Source: Blasia pusilla (Eukaryota). From it: DNA of 64,000 nt. Location: NCBI GenBank assembly GCA_050084515.1, contig CM114271.1:3038001-3102000 (forward strand), read 5' to 3'. Shown piece after piece: positions 9,960-22,379 of this stretch. A program made the position numbers and the translations under genes. The notes beneath the pieces were generated by a model. The model was not told the origin of the DNA. It did not search any database and was given only the letters and a program-made list of their open reading frames with translations. Position 1 is the first letter of the stretch. Every line of letters begins with the position of its first letter.

Positions 9960-12900
9960 ATGGATAATTATGTGAAGCTTACTTTGTGGCGAGTCATCGC
10001 GGCCCTTCCTCAATCAGAAATCATTCGACCGCAAGCTCGTGAGTCTTTCATAGTAGTGGATGAAAATTTTCTCTCTGTTCGATTTCTTCTCCAAATTGGA
10101 ACCATCTTTGTATCCAAAGATGTTAGGGTGGACGGTACGGAAGACATAATAGGTGAGACAGTCCAACCAGTGACTGCAGACCATAAAGTATGGAATCTCC
10201 TACCTCTAGCAAATGGTCAATACAGAGTTCTGGCGTGTTCTGATCGTCTGTTTAAACAGACGAATTGAGGAAACAAAAATACTTGGGAAATTTCCCAAGT
10301 AGACGGTGGAGAATTTCCTAGTGCTCCGAGCTCTACGTTTGCAACTCCTAGCTCAGTACATCCGGCTTTGACTCCAATCTCACACGCTCGTATCATTTTT
10401 GTTCTTCCTGACGAGATTCCGGATGTTATCAACCTCAGTGGATGTGTCGGACACCAACCGGGCCCTCCGTCCGCCTACTCGTTCCTCTTGCGAGTATCAG
10501 GCAATAGTTTGCTTTCGTCTCTGGCCTTGAAAATGTTCAAGCACATTCTTGTCAATGAGTTGCCACCCACGTACGATGGTAATTGCATTTTTGAGTTGCC
10601 TCCACTTGCTGCTCCTGCTCAAAAGAAAGATGGAGGACGCCTGAAGGATATGGATAGAAAGTTTGATTGTCATCGATGGTGCAGGCTTCAACGGACTAGT
10701 GCTTCAATTCCAGATGGTCCTTGGATTGTCTCCCGCCGCCAATGCGTGGGAGCCTTGGAGTGTAGAAGTCCAGCATGCCCGTATCTAGAGCGCAACGGGC
10801 GAGTCAATACGTCGTAATTCCCCCCCCAAGAATGAGAAACTCCATACGAGGTCGGTGCCACCATACCGCCGGGAGGCCATCGATGTCCTCATTGTCAGGC
10901 ATCGCCCTTCTGCGTTGGAGCGTGTCCTGCATACATATTTTTCATTGTCCACGAATTGGGCTCCACGCCGAGTACACAAGGTGGGAGTTCATGTTGGCTC
11001 CCACACTCATCCTGTGACCGATGCAATTCAAAGACACATCAAGGAGGATGTGGCGAAGAAAGTTGCCGAGGTCTACAGAAACTCTCCGGGTTCAAAGCCC
11101 GGAGTGATCAAGCTCACAACGACATCACAAATTTGTGAACAATTTCTTGGAATCCCTAGACAGGGCGAGATTACGGCGGTTGAGGAGAAACAACTCTGGG
11201 AAAATCTCGCATTTCTCGCTGATCCTGAATGCTTCCGGAATTTGCTGTGTCAAATACGAGTTCTGGATGGAAAGACGGCCGAACTGGATGCCATCGCCAT
11301 AATCAAGGCCAACTCCAGATTTCCATTCATTCACAGATGGCAGTTCATGGGTCTAGGAGGCAAGGGATCCATGGCCTATGTCTTCAAAATGTCAACCACA
11401 TGTCGGTCGAGTGGCTTCGATCTTTCCGGCAGCAAGGTAAGCTTTGATATTTGCTACAAAGTGCTGAACGGATGGTTGACGATGGGTACTCACGTTTATG
11501 ACCATATGGAGAAGGAACTCAAAACTATATTTGTGTGTGAAGTAAAGGCAGAAGACGTTGGCAGTTTGAAGATGTGCTCGTTACTCTTATTGGAGGTGGT
11601 GAAGGAAAACAAAAGGCCACCTCCGAAAATTTATGGGTTCATGGCAGACAATGCACAACCTAGGTGGATTGCTATCCGGGAAGTGTTCTGGGGGAAAGGT
11701 TGGATGCTTTCCATTGGCAACAGTCTGTGACCCGGTACACCAAATCTTGCATCAAGGAGAATAATAGGACAGAGCATGTGACTCTACTCCAACGCTGCAA
11801 GGATAGAAAAACCTTGAAGCAGGCCATGGAATGCCAAGAAGAACTTTATGAGACAATGGGGAAACTTCATGCGGCAGGTGAGTTCACTATTTTGTCTTGT
11901 CAAGCTCACGCAAAGAATTGTTTGTAAAGTTGCAGCATCAGGTTGAGAAGCGTAGGAACTATAGGGATTTCAAACCGAAGAAACCAAGCAAGCTCTCACA
12001 TGCGATGGGTTGCCCGAGTGTGCAACCCGAAGGAATCAGACGGGTTGCATCCAGAATTTTGGTGCAACCCGAGTGTGCAACCCGACGGAAACGGACGGAT
12101 CGTAGAGTTGTTCATGGGATGCCTCGGCCTTGCAACCCGTCTGAATCCAACGGGTTGCAATAGGTGGGTTTAGGGTTGCAACACGTCGGGACCCGACGGG
12201 TCGCAGAGTCGTTCATGGGATGCCTCGGCCTTGCAACCCGTCTGGTTCCGACGGGTTGCAGTAGGTGGGTTTAAGGTTACAACACGTCGTGACCCGACGG
12301 GTCGCAGAGTCGTTCATGGGATGCCTCGGGCTTGCAACCCATCTGGTTCCGACAAGTAGCTTATGTCTTTGACTGCTGAGTTATTTTCGTTCCCTTCTAA
12401 TATTGCCGTCGTTGCAGGGATTGAACGTTCATGAAAATGCCCTCTGCCCCAACACAAGTGGAGCAGAAAGTGTTCATTCCTCCTGGAGGTCGTCACAAGC
12501 ATGCCAACGAATTTCACTTGTGGAGGCAAAGATGCACCATCCCATATCTTCCTCACAAAAGGCATAACAAAAGGAAGGGGGCCGTTGATCTACGAGCTCT
12601 ATGTCAGGGCGGCTGTGAGATCTGATGATGAAAAAATGTATGTGGAAGCCTTCAATCGGTGCGTAGCTGGAACTCCCCTTGAGCAAGACGTACACATTGG
12701 TGGGGATATTCGTGGGCGGGTTTCAAGATGTCCCATACAGATGGTGGTAGAGCAGTCCGAGCGAGACTCGTGGAGACGAGATAAGTATCTTGACTTCAGG
12801 CAAGTGAAGAGGCAGCATCGAGGAACGAATTTGGTGATTGATTTGGATGAGGAAATTATGCCGCCCAGGTATTCAGGGACCCCGGACCCGTCCCAAATCC

Positions 12901-13888
12901 GTGATTGAGTTACTTCTCCAAAATCAGTGAATGTTTTATTTCAAAAGCCCTCCGTTGCTGGAAGTTCGCAACATCCTGTCACTGGGGTGGTTCAACAATA
13001 TGGGATTCCGGTAATGGAGGTGAATTGCAACCTTAAACGGTGGCATATATCTCGGAGCAACCCAAGACATGGACCCACCTGTAGGGCAGGATCTGATGGC
13101 ATAAGGAGAGCATGCGGCACTTTCCTACATAAGAACTCTACAAGGATTGGACGACCACTGCCTGGGTTTTGGGGACTCAAAACCTTTGATCTTTTCACGA
13201 GGACCGGGGATCAATTGAAGTGCTTCTTCTGCCCAAATGAATCTTTGCGCTTTCCGGAAGTCTTATCCGGCTGCCATTGGAGCTCGGGGAATACCCCCAC
13301 GATTTGGCCCATCGCCGCAGGTACGAACTGCACTCAAGACGAAGTGGACAATCTTACAAGTGCCGGTTTTACACTCGTAGACGGGGGAAGTTTGGAGCAA
13401 GTTCGCATTACAAAGGCCTTTGCATTTTGTATTCAACCCAAGATTGATGTCAACATGTACCCGGAGAAGGTGGATGATCTCAATCCATTATTTCTGTTTG
13501 AGTCTAGAAATGGGGTGAAGAGAAACAGAATGTGTAGGCCAACGGTGGAGAGAGCAAAGCGAATTGCATCAGCTCGGGAGGAAAAATGGAGATCATCGCC
13601 ACGAAATATGTCTCGAGTGGCAATGGAATAGGAAGGATGTATTGGGTCAGGAACAACATTGTAAATTCAAGTGTCAGAGGGGTGTATGTGGTGCACATCT
13701 GTTGCTTTCCCACATGTTCATGTGATGACTTTTTCCAAAGAGAGACAAGTGGCAAAAGGTATTTCCCTTGTAAGCACATGTACTATGTGTTGCTGGTAGT
13801 TTTAAGAGAGTCGGAGGAAGGAGTAGGAATCCACCAACCAATTCTGTCCCTCAAAGAAGTGCGAAGTATTTTAAACAAACCACTTTGA
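9960..13888 (+). pseudogene. MULE-type DDE transposase with N-terminal Cys/His zinc-binding region and C-terminal SWIM finger. Intron 11878-12417.
   Basis: CVGALECRSPAC...HVGSHTHP, then SFD, GFMADNA, FHWQQS and PNTSGAESVHSSW (putative D-D-E), then SWIM CSCDDF...PCKHMYYV. Stops and frameshifts present. Confidence 0.85.
12000..12356. repeat. Array of ~7 palindromic units, including a ~101-bp higher-order tandem, in the transposase intron
   Basis: GCAACCCGTCTGGTTCCGACGGGTTGC. The block GTTCATGGGATGCCTCGG recurs at about 12110, 12211 and 12312. Confidence 0.9.
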
Positions 13889-14286
13889 GGATGCAAAATG
13901 AGGTTTTAGATTGTACTTTTATTTTTCCTGAACCTTCACTTTGAGCTTGAACTCTATTAAGCCCGGGGCAAATGATAGATTTTTTCGAGATCTTGGATGG
14001 AAAAAGTGATTGATTCCACACTTATGATTCCACTGATTTTTCAGTTTTCTAAATTTTGTGCAATTTGTAACTCGTCGGACTCAGAGGGGTTGCCAAAATA
14101 TGGAAGAGGAAAAAAAAAACTGTGGGACTACTTAATATATGAACAAAAAAGTGCAAAAAAATTCAAACAAAAAGTTTCGTCTCTTCTACCCAACGGAAAC
14201 TCTCTTCAAAAAAAAGTGTCTATTTCGGTTGAAGGTAGTTTCCTCTCTCCTCTCTCCTCTCTCTTCCTCTCCTCTTACCGCACCTC

Positions 14287-16953
14287 GCTTTCCCTTACTA
14301 AGTCAGGTGTAGAAATATGGCATGATTGCTGATTTACCAACAATTTTGGAGTGTCGGATACATATGAAGCTTGTATGATGGGCGAGCAACACCGAAAACC
14401 ATTTCCACAAGAGTTCAGAAATAGAGCAAAGGCTCCTCTAGAGCTGATTCATGCTCACCTCTGTGGTAAAATGAGAACAGTGGCATTAGGTGGTTCTTCC
14501 TACTTCTTTTTAGTTGTCGACGATTATACTAGGAAGATGTGGGTGTATTTCCTTTGTGATAAGGCAAGTGCTTTTGGAAAATTTAAAGTATGTCACAACC
14601 TGGTTGAGAATGAGACAAGAAAGAAGATACATAAGCTTCGCATCGATTGAGGAGGAGAATTCTTATCAACAGAATTCAAAAAATATTTGGAGGAGCATGG
14701 AATCAAGCGACTATCAACCACGGCACATACATCACAACAGAATGGAGTTGTTGAGAGTCGAAACTGTACAATGGTGGAGATGGCAAGATGTATGATCAAA
14801 GAAAAAGGTTTGACAGAAGGATTTTGGGCTGAAGCTGTTAATATTGCCGTTAACATTCTAATTAAAAGTGCTACCAAATCAGTGCAAGGCATGACTCTTC
14901 ATCAATCATACTCAAATAAGATACCATTAGTCCAACATTTCATGACTTTTGGTTGTGAGTGCTTTGTACATATTCTTCGAGCATCTAGGATCAAGCTAGA
15001 GTCCAAGAGCAGGAAGTGCATCTTTATGGGATACAATGATGAGTCTAAAGCTTATCGCCTATGGAGTCTTGAGGCTAAGAAGATGCTTGTGAGTCGTGAT
15101 GTGGTATTCCGGGAACAGCCTTTTTAAGTGGCGGATATCAGTGGTCCGTCCACATTATCATCAAACGAAGAGATAACCCACCAAAGCATACTACCAATGT
15201 TTACACCAAATCATCAAGAAGAAGAATTTGATGATGATTACAAAGAGTAGCCTATTCTTCCACTACGGTCATCATACCCTAAGTGGATAAAGCAGCTCTT
15301 GGATGGTAAGGATCCAGTATCAACTGATGAAGTTTTTACATATCCAAGGAGATCCAAGAGACTAGAGGAGCAGAATAGAGCTTCCACACATCTCATCAAC
15401 ATGGCCTTGATGACAGAGGTTTTGAAGGTGGAAGAGCCATCATGCTCGGATAAGGCCCTTTCTCATCCTCAATGGAGAGACGCCATCCAGATGGAGATGG
15501 ACGCTATTCAGAGAAATGAAACTTGAACTTTGGTTGAGAAGCCAAAGGACATGAAGATAATACGCACCAAATGGATGTACAAGACCAAGTATAAGTTGGA
15601 TGGTACATTGGATAAATTCAAAGAGAGGTTGATTGCACAAGGGTATTCACAAATCAAAGGTTTTGACTACTATGAGACTTTTTCTCCTACTGCAAGGATG
15701 AAAACCATTCAAATTGTTCTAGAGGTGGCACGAACAAGACGTTGGCATGTATACCAATACGATAAGAAGTCTGCTTTTCTGAATAGGAGTCTCTAGGAGG
15801 AGGTGTATGTATCTCAACCACCAGGTTTCGAGACACTCGGATGAGAAGAGAAAGTGTGTTTACTTCATCGAGCATTGTATGGGTTGAAGCAAGCCCCAAG
15901 GATATGGTATCAACAAATAGATACATTCTTTGGAGAGAAGGGTCTCATCAAGAGTCTGTCAGAAGCAAATTTGTATGTGTTTTGCGAAGATGGGATGTAT
16001 ATGTTGATAGTCATGTATGTGGATGATCTGATCATCACACGACACCATAGTAAGAAAATAGAAGAAATGAAGGGAGTGTTGAAATCGAAGTTTGAAATGT
16101 CAGATTTAGGTCTTTTGCACTACTTTATAGGGCAGGAGATTTGGCAACAATCAGATTCTATTTTTCTCTTTAAGCAAAAGTATGCTAGAGAAATCTTAAA
16201 GGCATTCGAGATGACTGAGTGTAAGGTAGTGGTCTCGCCAATGGAGGTAGAGTTGAAACTCTCAATGGAGGATGTTTCACCATTGGTAGATGAAAAGTTG
16301 TACAAAAATCTTGTAGGCAATTTGATATTGTGTGTAACACTAGACCAGAAATTAGCTTTGTTGTGGGAGTGTTGAGTAGGTTCTCAACTAAACCTCATGA
16401 GAACCATTGGAAGGCAGGGATGCGCATGTTGAAGTATATCAAAGGCACTATCGAGTACGACATCACCTATGGAGCACGGACAGAAATAATACCTTTTTGT
16501 GACTCAGATTGGGCAGGAGTTTCAGATTCTCGGAGATCAGTTTTGGGTTATTGCTTCTTGGTAGGATTTGGTGTGGTGCCATGGGTCATCAAGAAGCAAC
16601 CTATAATGGCTCTTTCTTCTACCGAGGCAGAGTACAAGGCGGTTTCTTATGCTTCTTGCGAAGGAATATGGTTGAGATGGATATTTGAGGACATAAGAGA
16701 AGCACCAGAAAGTGCTATTGTAATATGGTGTGACAATCAGAGTTGCATTGCCACAGCACATAATCTTGTGTTTCATGCTTGTATAAAACACATATAGATC
16801 CAGTATCATTTTGTTTGTGAGTTGATTGAGAGAGAGGTTTTGAAGTTAGTCTATTGGCCAACAGAGGATAATTGTGCAGACATCTTCAAGAAAGCATTGA
16901 GCGAAGATCAGCTTCACTAACATCTGAAGGATCTTGGCATTGGTCCAAGATAG
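14287..16953 (+). pseudogene. Copia integrase, reverse transcriptase and RNase H
   Basis: PLELIHAHLCG, VDDYTRKMWVYF, QQNGVVE, RALYGLKQAPRIW, YVDDL, CDSDWAG, ALSSTEAEY. Confidence 0.96.
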
Positions 16954-16976
16954 TAGTCCACATGAGAGTGGATATT

Positions 16977-16984
16977 AGAAGGGG
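16977..16984 (+). promoter_or_regulatory. Polypurine tract
   Basis: AGAAGGGG immediately before the 3' LTR. Confidence 0.8.
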
Positions 16985-17387
16985 TGTTGGATTCTCAACA
17001 TCCACTTCTCTAAGCACCATTAATCTGATCAACCCCCTTGTATGAGGAGAAGCCTAGACTAATGGTTCCGACTTAGACGTCAAATAAGTCATAGTGATAT
17101 CACGTGGATGGTTTCTAGAGTAGCGTTACTAGTATTATCTTACCCTATATTGCATCAGGAAAAAAAATTATATCAATAGAAATGAAGAAAAATAGGCCAA
17201 AAACCCTAGTATCTTGAGTAGTGAAAGAGTCAAGAGCCGCAGCGGTAGCGCATTCTCATATGTCAAGTTATCTCCATGTTCAGATTCCATCAAAAGTCTT
17301 CTGTGAGCGCACAGACAGACTAGGCCACTTTGTATCTCTGAGTTTTGTAAAGATTTCAGTGATTTTGTCACTTTCTGTTTTCTCACA
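16985..17387 (+). repeat. 3' LTR of copia element
   Basis: TGTTGGATTCTCAAC...TTCTCACA, followed by TSD TATAC. Confidence 0.96.
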
Positions 17388-20300
17388 TATACCTCTTGCA
17401 CTCCTAACACTTGCAAGGAAAAGATTATATAAATATGTGCTTCTCGTTAGTATAGCTCGTTGAGTCAATATGTTGTAAGCCAGAATAATTGCAAATAGTC
17501 AGAGAAGTGAACAACCCGTACGGATCATAAAAGATTCTTCAAAGAAAGAGAACACTTATCTGTCATCCTCAAGAAGCCCCAATTGGATAGCAACTTCCTT
17601 GAATGTTGGACATAATACTCCATCAACAATTTTCAAACATTCGTATATAATGGCTCCTCGAACATTATGGAGGAGAAATCTCAACCAATGACATCCTCCT
17701 TCACCTATGAATGAGTGATATAAATTAGCTCATCCCTTTCCATAATAATTCACTCACTTGACAGAGTGAAATATAAAACCAAAATCCAATGTACACAAAA
17801 AAGCATTCACTTGGTTAAGTAGTGTATGATTGGGCAATGGGATGGCCACAACCATTTATTTTTGTACCCTATGAATCCATCTTTTTTTAGTTCGACGATA
17901 ATATGAAGGAAAATATGTATACAGATATTGTCGACTCTTGGACTCAGATAGATTCGTTGCGAATCGTTGTATTAGAGTTGTCTCTCTATTCAGTTGCAAA
18001 ACATCTTATGGGGTGTCAACATCATTGAAGTACACCATTTGATGCTCTGGAAGATGAATAGCTAATCACATAATACTTGGAAGTTCAACATGTAGACTAA
18101 ACTTGAAGAATCGCCAACATGCCTCCAAAGAAGATAATCATAATTCCAAAAAAAAAATCCTTAATCAATAAAATTATTCCTCGCATCAAGATATGACGTT
18201 GTCTTATCAATGACTTCCATTGCGGTGGATGTATTCATATCTTTTGGAAATTTAAATGTCACCACATCGGATCCCTTATGTACATAATTATATAAGTATT
18301 TTACGATAGAAACACTACTTATGATCTCCAAATTAATGTGACAATTAAAGAGGGCTAATAACATATGATTGTAGGATACGACCCAACGAATGCTCATGCT
18401 TGGTTATTTCCCTCTTAGTCTCCAATCTACAATTACAATAAAAGATCATGAGTACATTAAGGTCATATGGCTTACAATAATAATAAAGAAACGCCAAGAA
18501 AAGAAAAAGAAAAGATCCTTACCTGCTATAGACTGGGTAACCATCTTCAGTCTCTATAGTGTTGGGTGCAAAAGCTTTATGATAGCCTTTGGTACACTTT
18601 TTTGTTTCCTTATACATACATGGTGCATTTTGATTCTATGATCCACATTGCATGTGAAGGATGCAATTAGCAACAGTAGAATACAACATTAGGTGGGTAG
18701 ACTTATCCGGAATTTTTGCTGAAATGATACGATTATAATCAGAGGTAGTACGTGGTTTATCCTCATGAACTAAAATAATAAGAACATGCACATGTGGAAA
18801 ACCTCTTTTTTTGGAATTCCACCACATGGATGCATCCAACGAATTGACCCAATATTTTCTTGTTAATCATAAGTCGTAATAATTCCTTTTTCTTCTTAAA
18901 AACCCGCACAACCAAATCAATTAGGTCTACAATTGATTGACCGGTTAATAAGGCTGATCTAATCCTCTCCCACTTAAGATTGCATGTCATGGTCAAAAAG
19001 TAGTTAAGCTTTTCTAATTGTCTCATAATTGCTATAGCATCTTGATAAAATTGATGCATATGATGGGGCCCTCGAGTAAAATAAGAGGATAATACAATGC
19101 GTCTCCCAAACCTTCTACTGTCCATATCATGTCGATGCATGACATCCTTTAAACCTTGATATAATTCAGCCCTCAACTCCTTCTGATTTAAGCAGACCCA
19201 TTATAATCTTTGCATCTCTACAGTGGCATAAAGGTCAAACATATACTCTTGATTAAGTGGACTAAATCTCAATAAGCGATCGTTGTCTTTACCTCCAATT
19301 CGCGTTTGAAGTAAAAAATATGCAAGTGCAAGGCTATAACACTCATTGACCTTATTTCCACAATATTATCACCAACAAATGTTTCCTCATCCATACAATT
19401 TTCTGAAGGATCAATATGTTCCTCCTCCCCATGAATAACATGGCCTATTCGTGTGGGTCTTTGAGTCCCTTCGAGTCTCCCAAAGTGTATTCTGAGATGC
19501 CAACGTGCTTCACCATAGATAAATAATACAACAAAGTGTAATGGAACATATGCTTCGTTGAGGTCAAACATGCACCTCCATGTAGTCGTACAATTATATC
19601 ACGATGGTTAATGTTTCACTTCCATCACCTGGAAAAATAGCTGCAACCTCAGAAGTAGTTGCTTAGTTATAATGCATTTCATTGAGACCTCTCTTACTTT
19701 CCTTGAGAATGATCTGCATATTAAGATCAATTGCTTCATATGCCATATGACGGAAGATCTTCACAAATGGATTGCATTCATGCAACATCTCTTCTATCCC
19801 TTTCAAGATGTTTATGTTAAGATTAGAAGATCTAGACACAACGCGTCCACTTTTCTCAATTTTATTTACAATATCATGAATATAGAGCCGAGCAAATTGG
19901 GGATGCCCCCTATATCAGGATGTAAGGGTCCATTAGAATGACAAATTCCTCCTTGGATCCTAAAGTGTCAAATGCCACCAACTTGTTCATTTACATGCAC
20001 ACTAGTAGATGCAAGTTGAAGTGTTGGATTGTAAGTGCGAGCATGTGTAAGGGAATGAAGACTTCTAGGACCAACACCCAAAATCAACGGTTTAAAAAAT
20101 GGAGGAGATAATTTCAAGAGGGGCAAATGTATTCTCCAAAGGCCACAACACATGCCATATGGTGAGTAACTAAACTTTTTACCTTTGACAATTCCACATT
20201 CCCAATGCAAGGCAGAACATGATGGGCATATTTTTGTCATAGAACCCAACGTATGATAACAACTGGTACGACTCAAACCCCTTTGTAATCGCAACTTCCT

Positions 20301-21039
20301 AGTATCATTTTTTGGAAATTTGGTTTCCTTGCGAGATTCAGCAATATATAAACTCTTACTATCCTATCAATAGTAAACAATTGAGGGATTGTAGAAGCAT
20401 TTGGTATAGTTACACTTTCTCTAGGTAACACAACTCCATTAGTGGTGGAAGAAACATGACCTACAGTTGACATAACTCCATTCCCAAAATGGGGAAGAGT
20501 CAAAGAAGTCTCAAAATCTTCATGTTTATCTTTGAATACTTCGTTTGGAATAGGGAGAACAGTAGGTAACTCAACTCTTGGTGTTACACAAGTACTTACG
20601 TCGATCGTAGAAGCATTCTCAATAACTTCATGGAGTGCATACTGAGATAACTCTCAAGTCTTAGTATTCAATGGATGGAATATGAACTTCATAATTTTCT
20701 CCTACTAAGACTCCATTTGCATTGGGAGGCCTTAGAAAAAATTATTATAAGCAATTAACACAAATCATATATTAGCAATGAAGAAGTCAAAATATTAAAA
20801 TAGGATGGATACCTTATGATTGGACTTTGAGTAGTCAAAATCTCCATATTTGGAATAGTTGGTGTAGTGTCAACTACTAAAGGAGGCTCAGCTTGAACAT
20901 GAAGTGTTGTCCTTCTTTTCCTATACTCGTGATAGTAGGCCTTCTTTTTCCTTTGAGAAGTTATATTTTTTTTGCGCAAATGGCATCTTTTCTTTTCGGG
21001 ATTCGCCGCGTAGAACCTTTCGAAAATCACGTACATCAA
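17388..21039 (-). mobile_element. Degenerate Helitron Rep/helicase coding region (upstream limit approximate)
   Basis: CPSCSALHW...MCC zinc finger, RAELYQGL, YQDAIAI..FLTMTCN.KW, VEFQK.RGFPHVHVL (HUH motif), WVVSYN..L..FNCHINLE..KYLYNYVHKGSD. Confidence 0.9.
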
Positions 21040-22263
21040 TAGGATTCAATGGAATGGGAAATCTAGAATAAGAAACAAATTTAAGAAAGAGAGAAAATAA
21101 TATTATAAGGTGGGACTATAGAGAATGGAAATTTGGACTCGCTAAATGATAATGAATGGAGTCAACTTACGTTGGAGATATTTTAGGGAGGAGTTTATCT
21201 TCCTTGTTTGCTTGTTGTGATAAAATTTCCTTACGACAGGTACACCTTTTTTGTTGCGCGTTCACACATATCAATTTTCCAAAGTCACGCAAATCCTTAG
21301 GATTTGATGGAATGAGAAGTCTGACCAATAATTGGCTTAGAACAAATGATTAATATGGATATCTGACAAAAGTATCATAGAATTACAAGTTAAGACATGA
21401 AAGCAAGGAGTTTACGTCAGAGAATTGTTCTTTTGTATGTTGATATGTCCCCTCGAAATGTGTTGCCCAATCGATGTATTTGTGATATCACCGAGTGGCT
21501 GTTTGTCCACGTCTAATAATGATGGACCGACACAAACCATCTACATAATACACCACGAAACTATTAAATAGACATGATAATTTTGACATGAATTATTAAC
21601 AAAGAGAAAGAAAAATAAATGTCTATATATAGAGCGAGATAAAATCAATGGAAAAGTAGGAAATCCTTACTGTTTGAAGAATTAAATTTTCACAATATTA
21701 ATTTTAGGTTAGGTTGGGGACATAGTCGATAACATATCCAGGTAGGATTTGAAAAGGGGAAAAAAAAAAAAAGCAAAATTTTACTTTAATAAATAAATTT
21801 AGAAATAAATGGGAAAATTTTTAAATGGGGGGAAAATTATAAAAAGAGAGAAAAAAAGGAGAAAAAAATTTGGAGGGGGATTTTTATTTTTCAAAAATAA
21901 TTTTTTCATCTATTATTCATTCAAAATATAGGTTCGGTTAGGATTATGGTTGGGAACCTATCCAACCCTAACCCGTCCCTAACCCGTCCCTATCCTCTCG
22001 CCAGGCCTAATCCTATGGGCATCGCCTAATGTTTGCTACATCTAACTGCCCAGATCTCTCTGGGCCGTTAGATTTCCATTCAACCGCAGAAGCGCACTAG
22101 GGCGCCTCCACCGTCAGTGCAAGCCCCCTTCCCCTAACGTGACAACACCCTTCCCCTGCTCTCACACTCCACCTCCCAACTGCCCTAACGCGGAAATGGC
22201 AAAACCCCCTTATCCCCTCCCCCTCTACCTCGCCGTTCCCTTCCTTCACTTTCACTTCCCACG

Positions 22264-22379
22264 CGCTCCTCTCTCGGCTCTCCACTATGCTAGTGCCGTC
22301 TCTCCATTGTCTCACACGCTCCTCTCTCGGCTCTCCACTCTGCTAGTGCCGTCTCTCCATTGTCTCACGCGCTCCTCTC
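22264..22379. repeat. 53-bp tandem repeat, about 2.2 copies
   Basis: CGCTCCTCTCTCGGCTCTCCACT.TGCTAGTGCCGTCTCTCCATTGTCTCAC at 22264 and 22317. Confidence 0.85.

Larger units (their letters stand above)
1946..14286. mobile_element. Mutator-like (MULE) DNA transposon with degenerate TIRs, carrying a transposase and a ParB-methyltransferase-like gene
   Basis: 9-bp TSD GCTTTCCTT (1937-1945) / GCTTTCCCT (14287-14295). Removing the element restores the copia frame HLSFP-LLSQV*KYGMIADLP. Ends are G-started with GA-rich inverted subterminal tracts. Confidence 0.9.
126..17387 (+). mobile_element. Full-length degenerate Ty1/copia LTR retrotransposon, interrupted by a MULE
   Basis: Two TG...CA LTRs, identical 5-bp TSD TATAC (121-125 and 17388-17392), PBS, PPT, and gag-(PR)-IN-RT-RH domain order. 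Confidence 0.97.

Noticed and set aside
1946-14286. Bacterial or phage contamination, or a recent prophage, explaining ParB and MTase
   Set aside because: The genes have GT-AG introns, and the block is bounded by a TSD inside a plant copia element next to a MULE transposase.
21966-21992. Telomere-like CCCTAA motifs
   Set aside because: Only two or three interrupted units, not a telomeric array.
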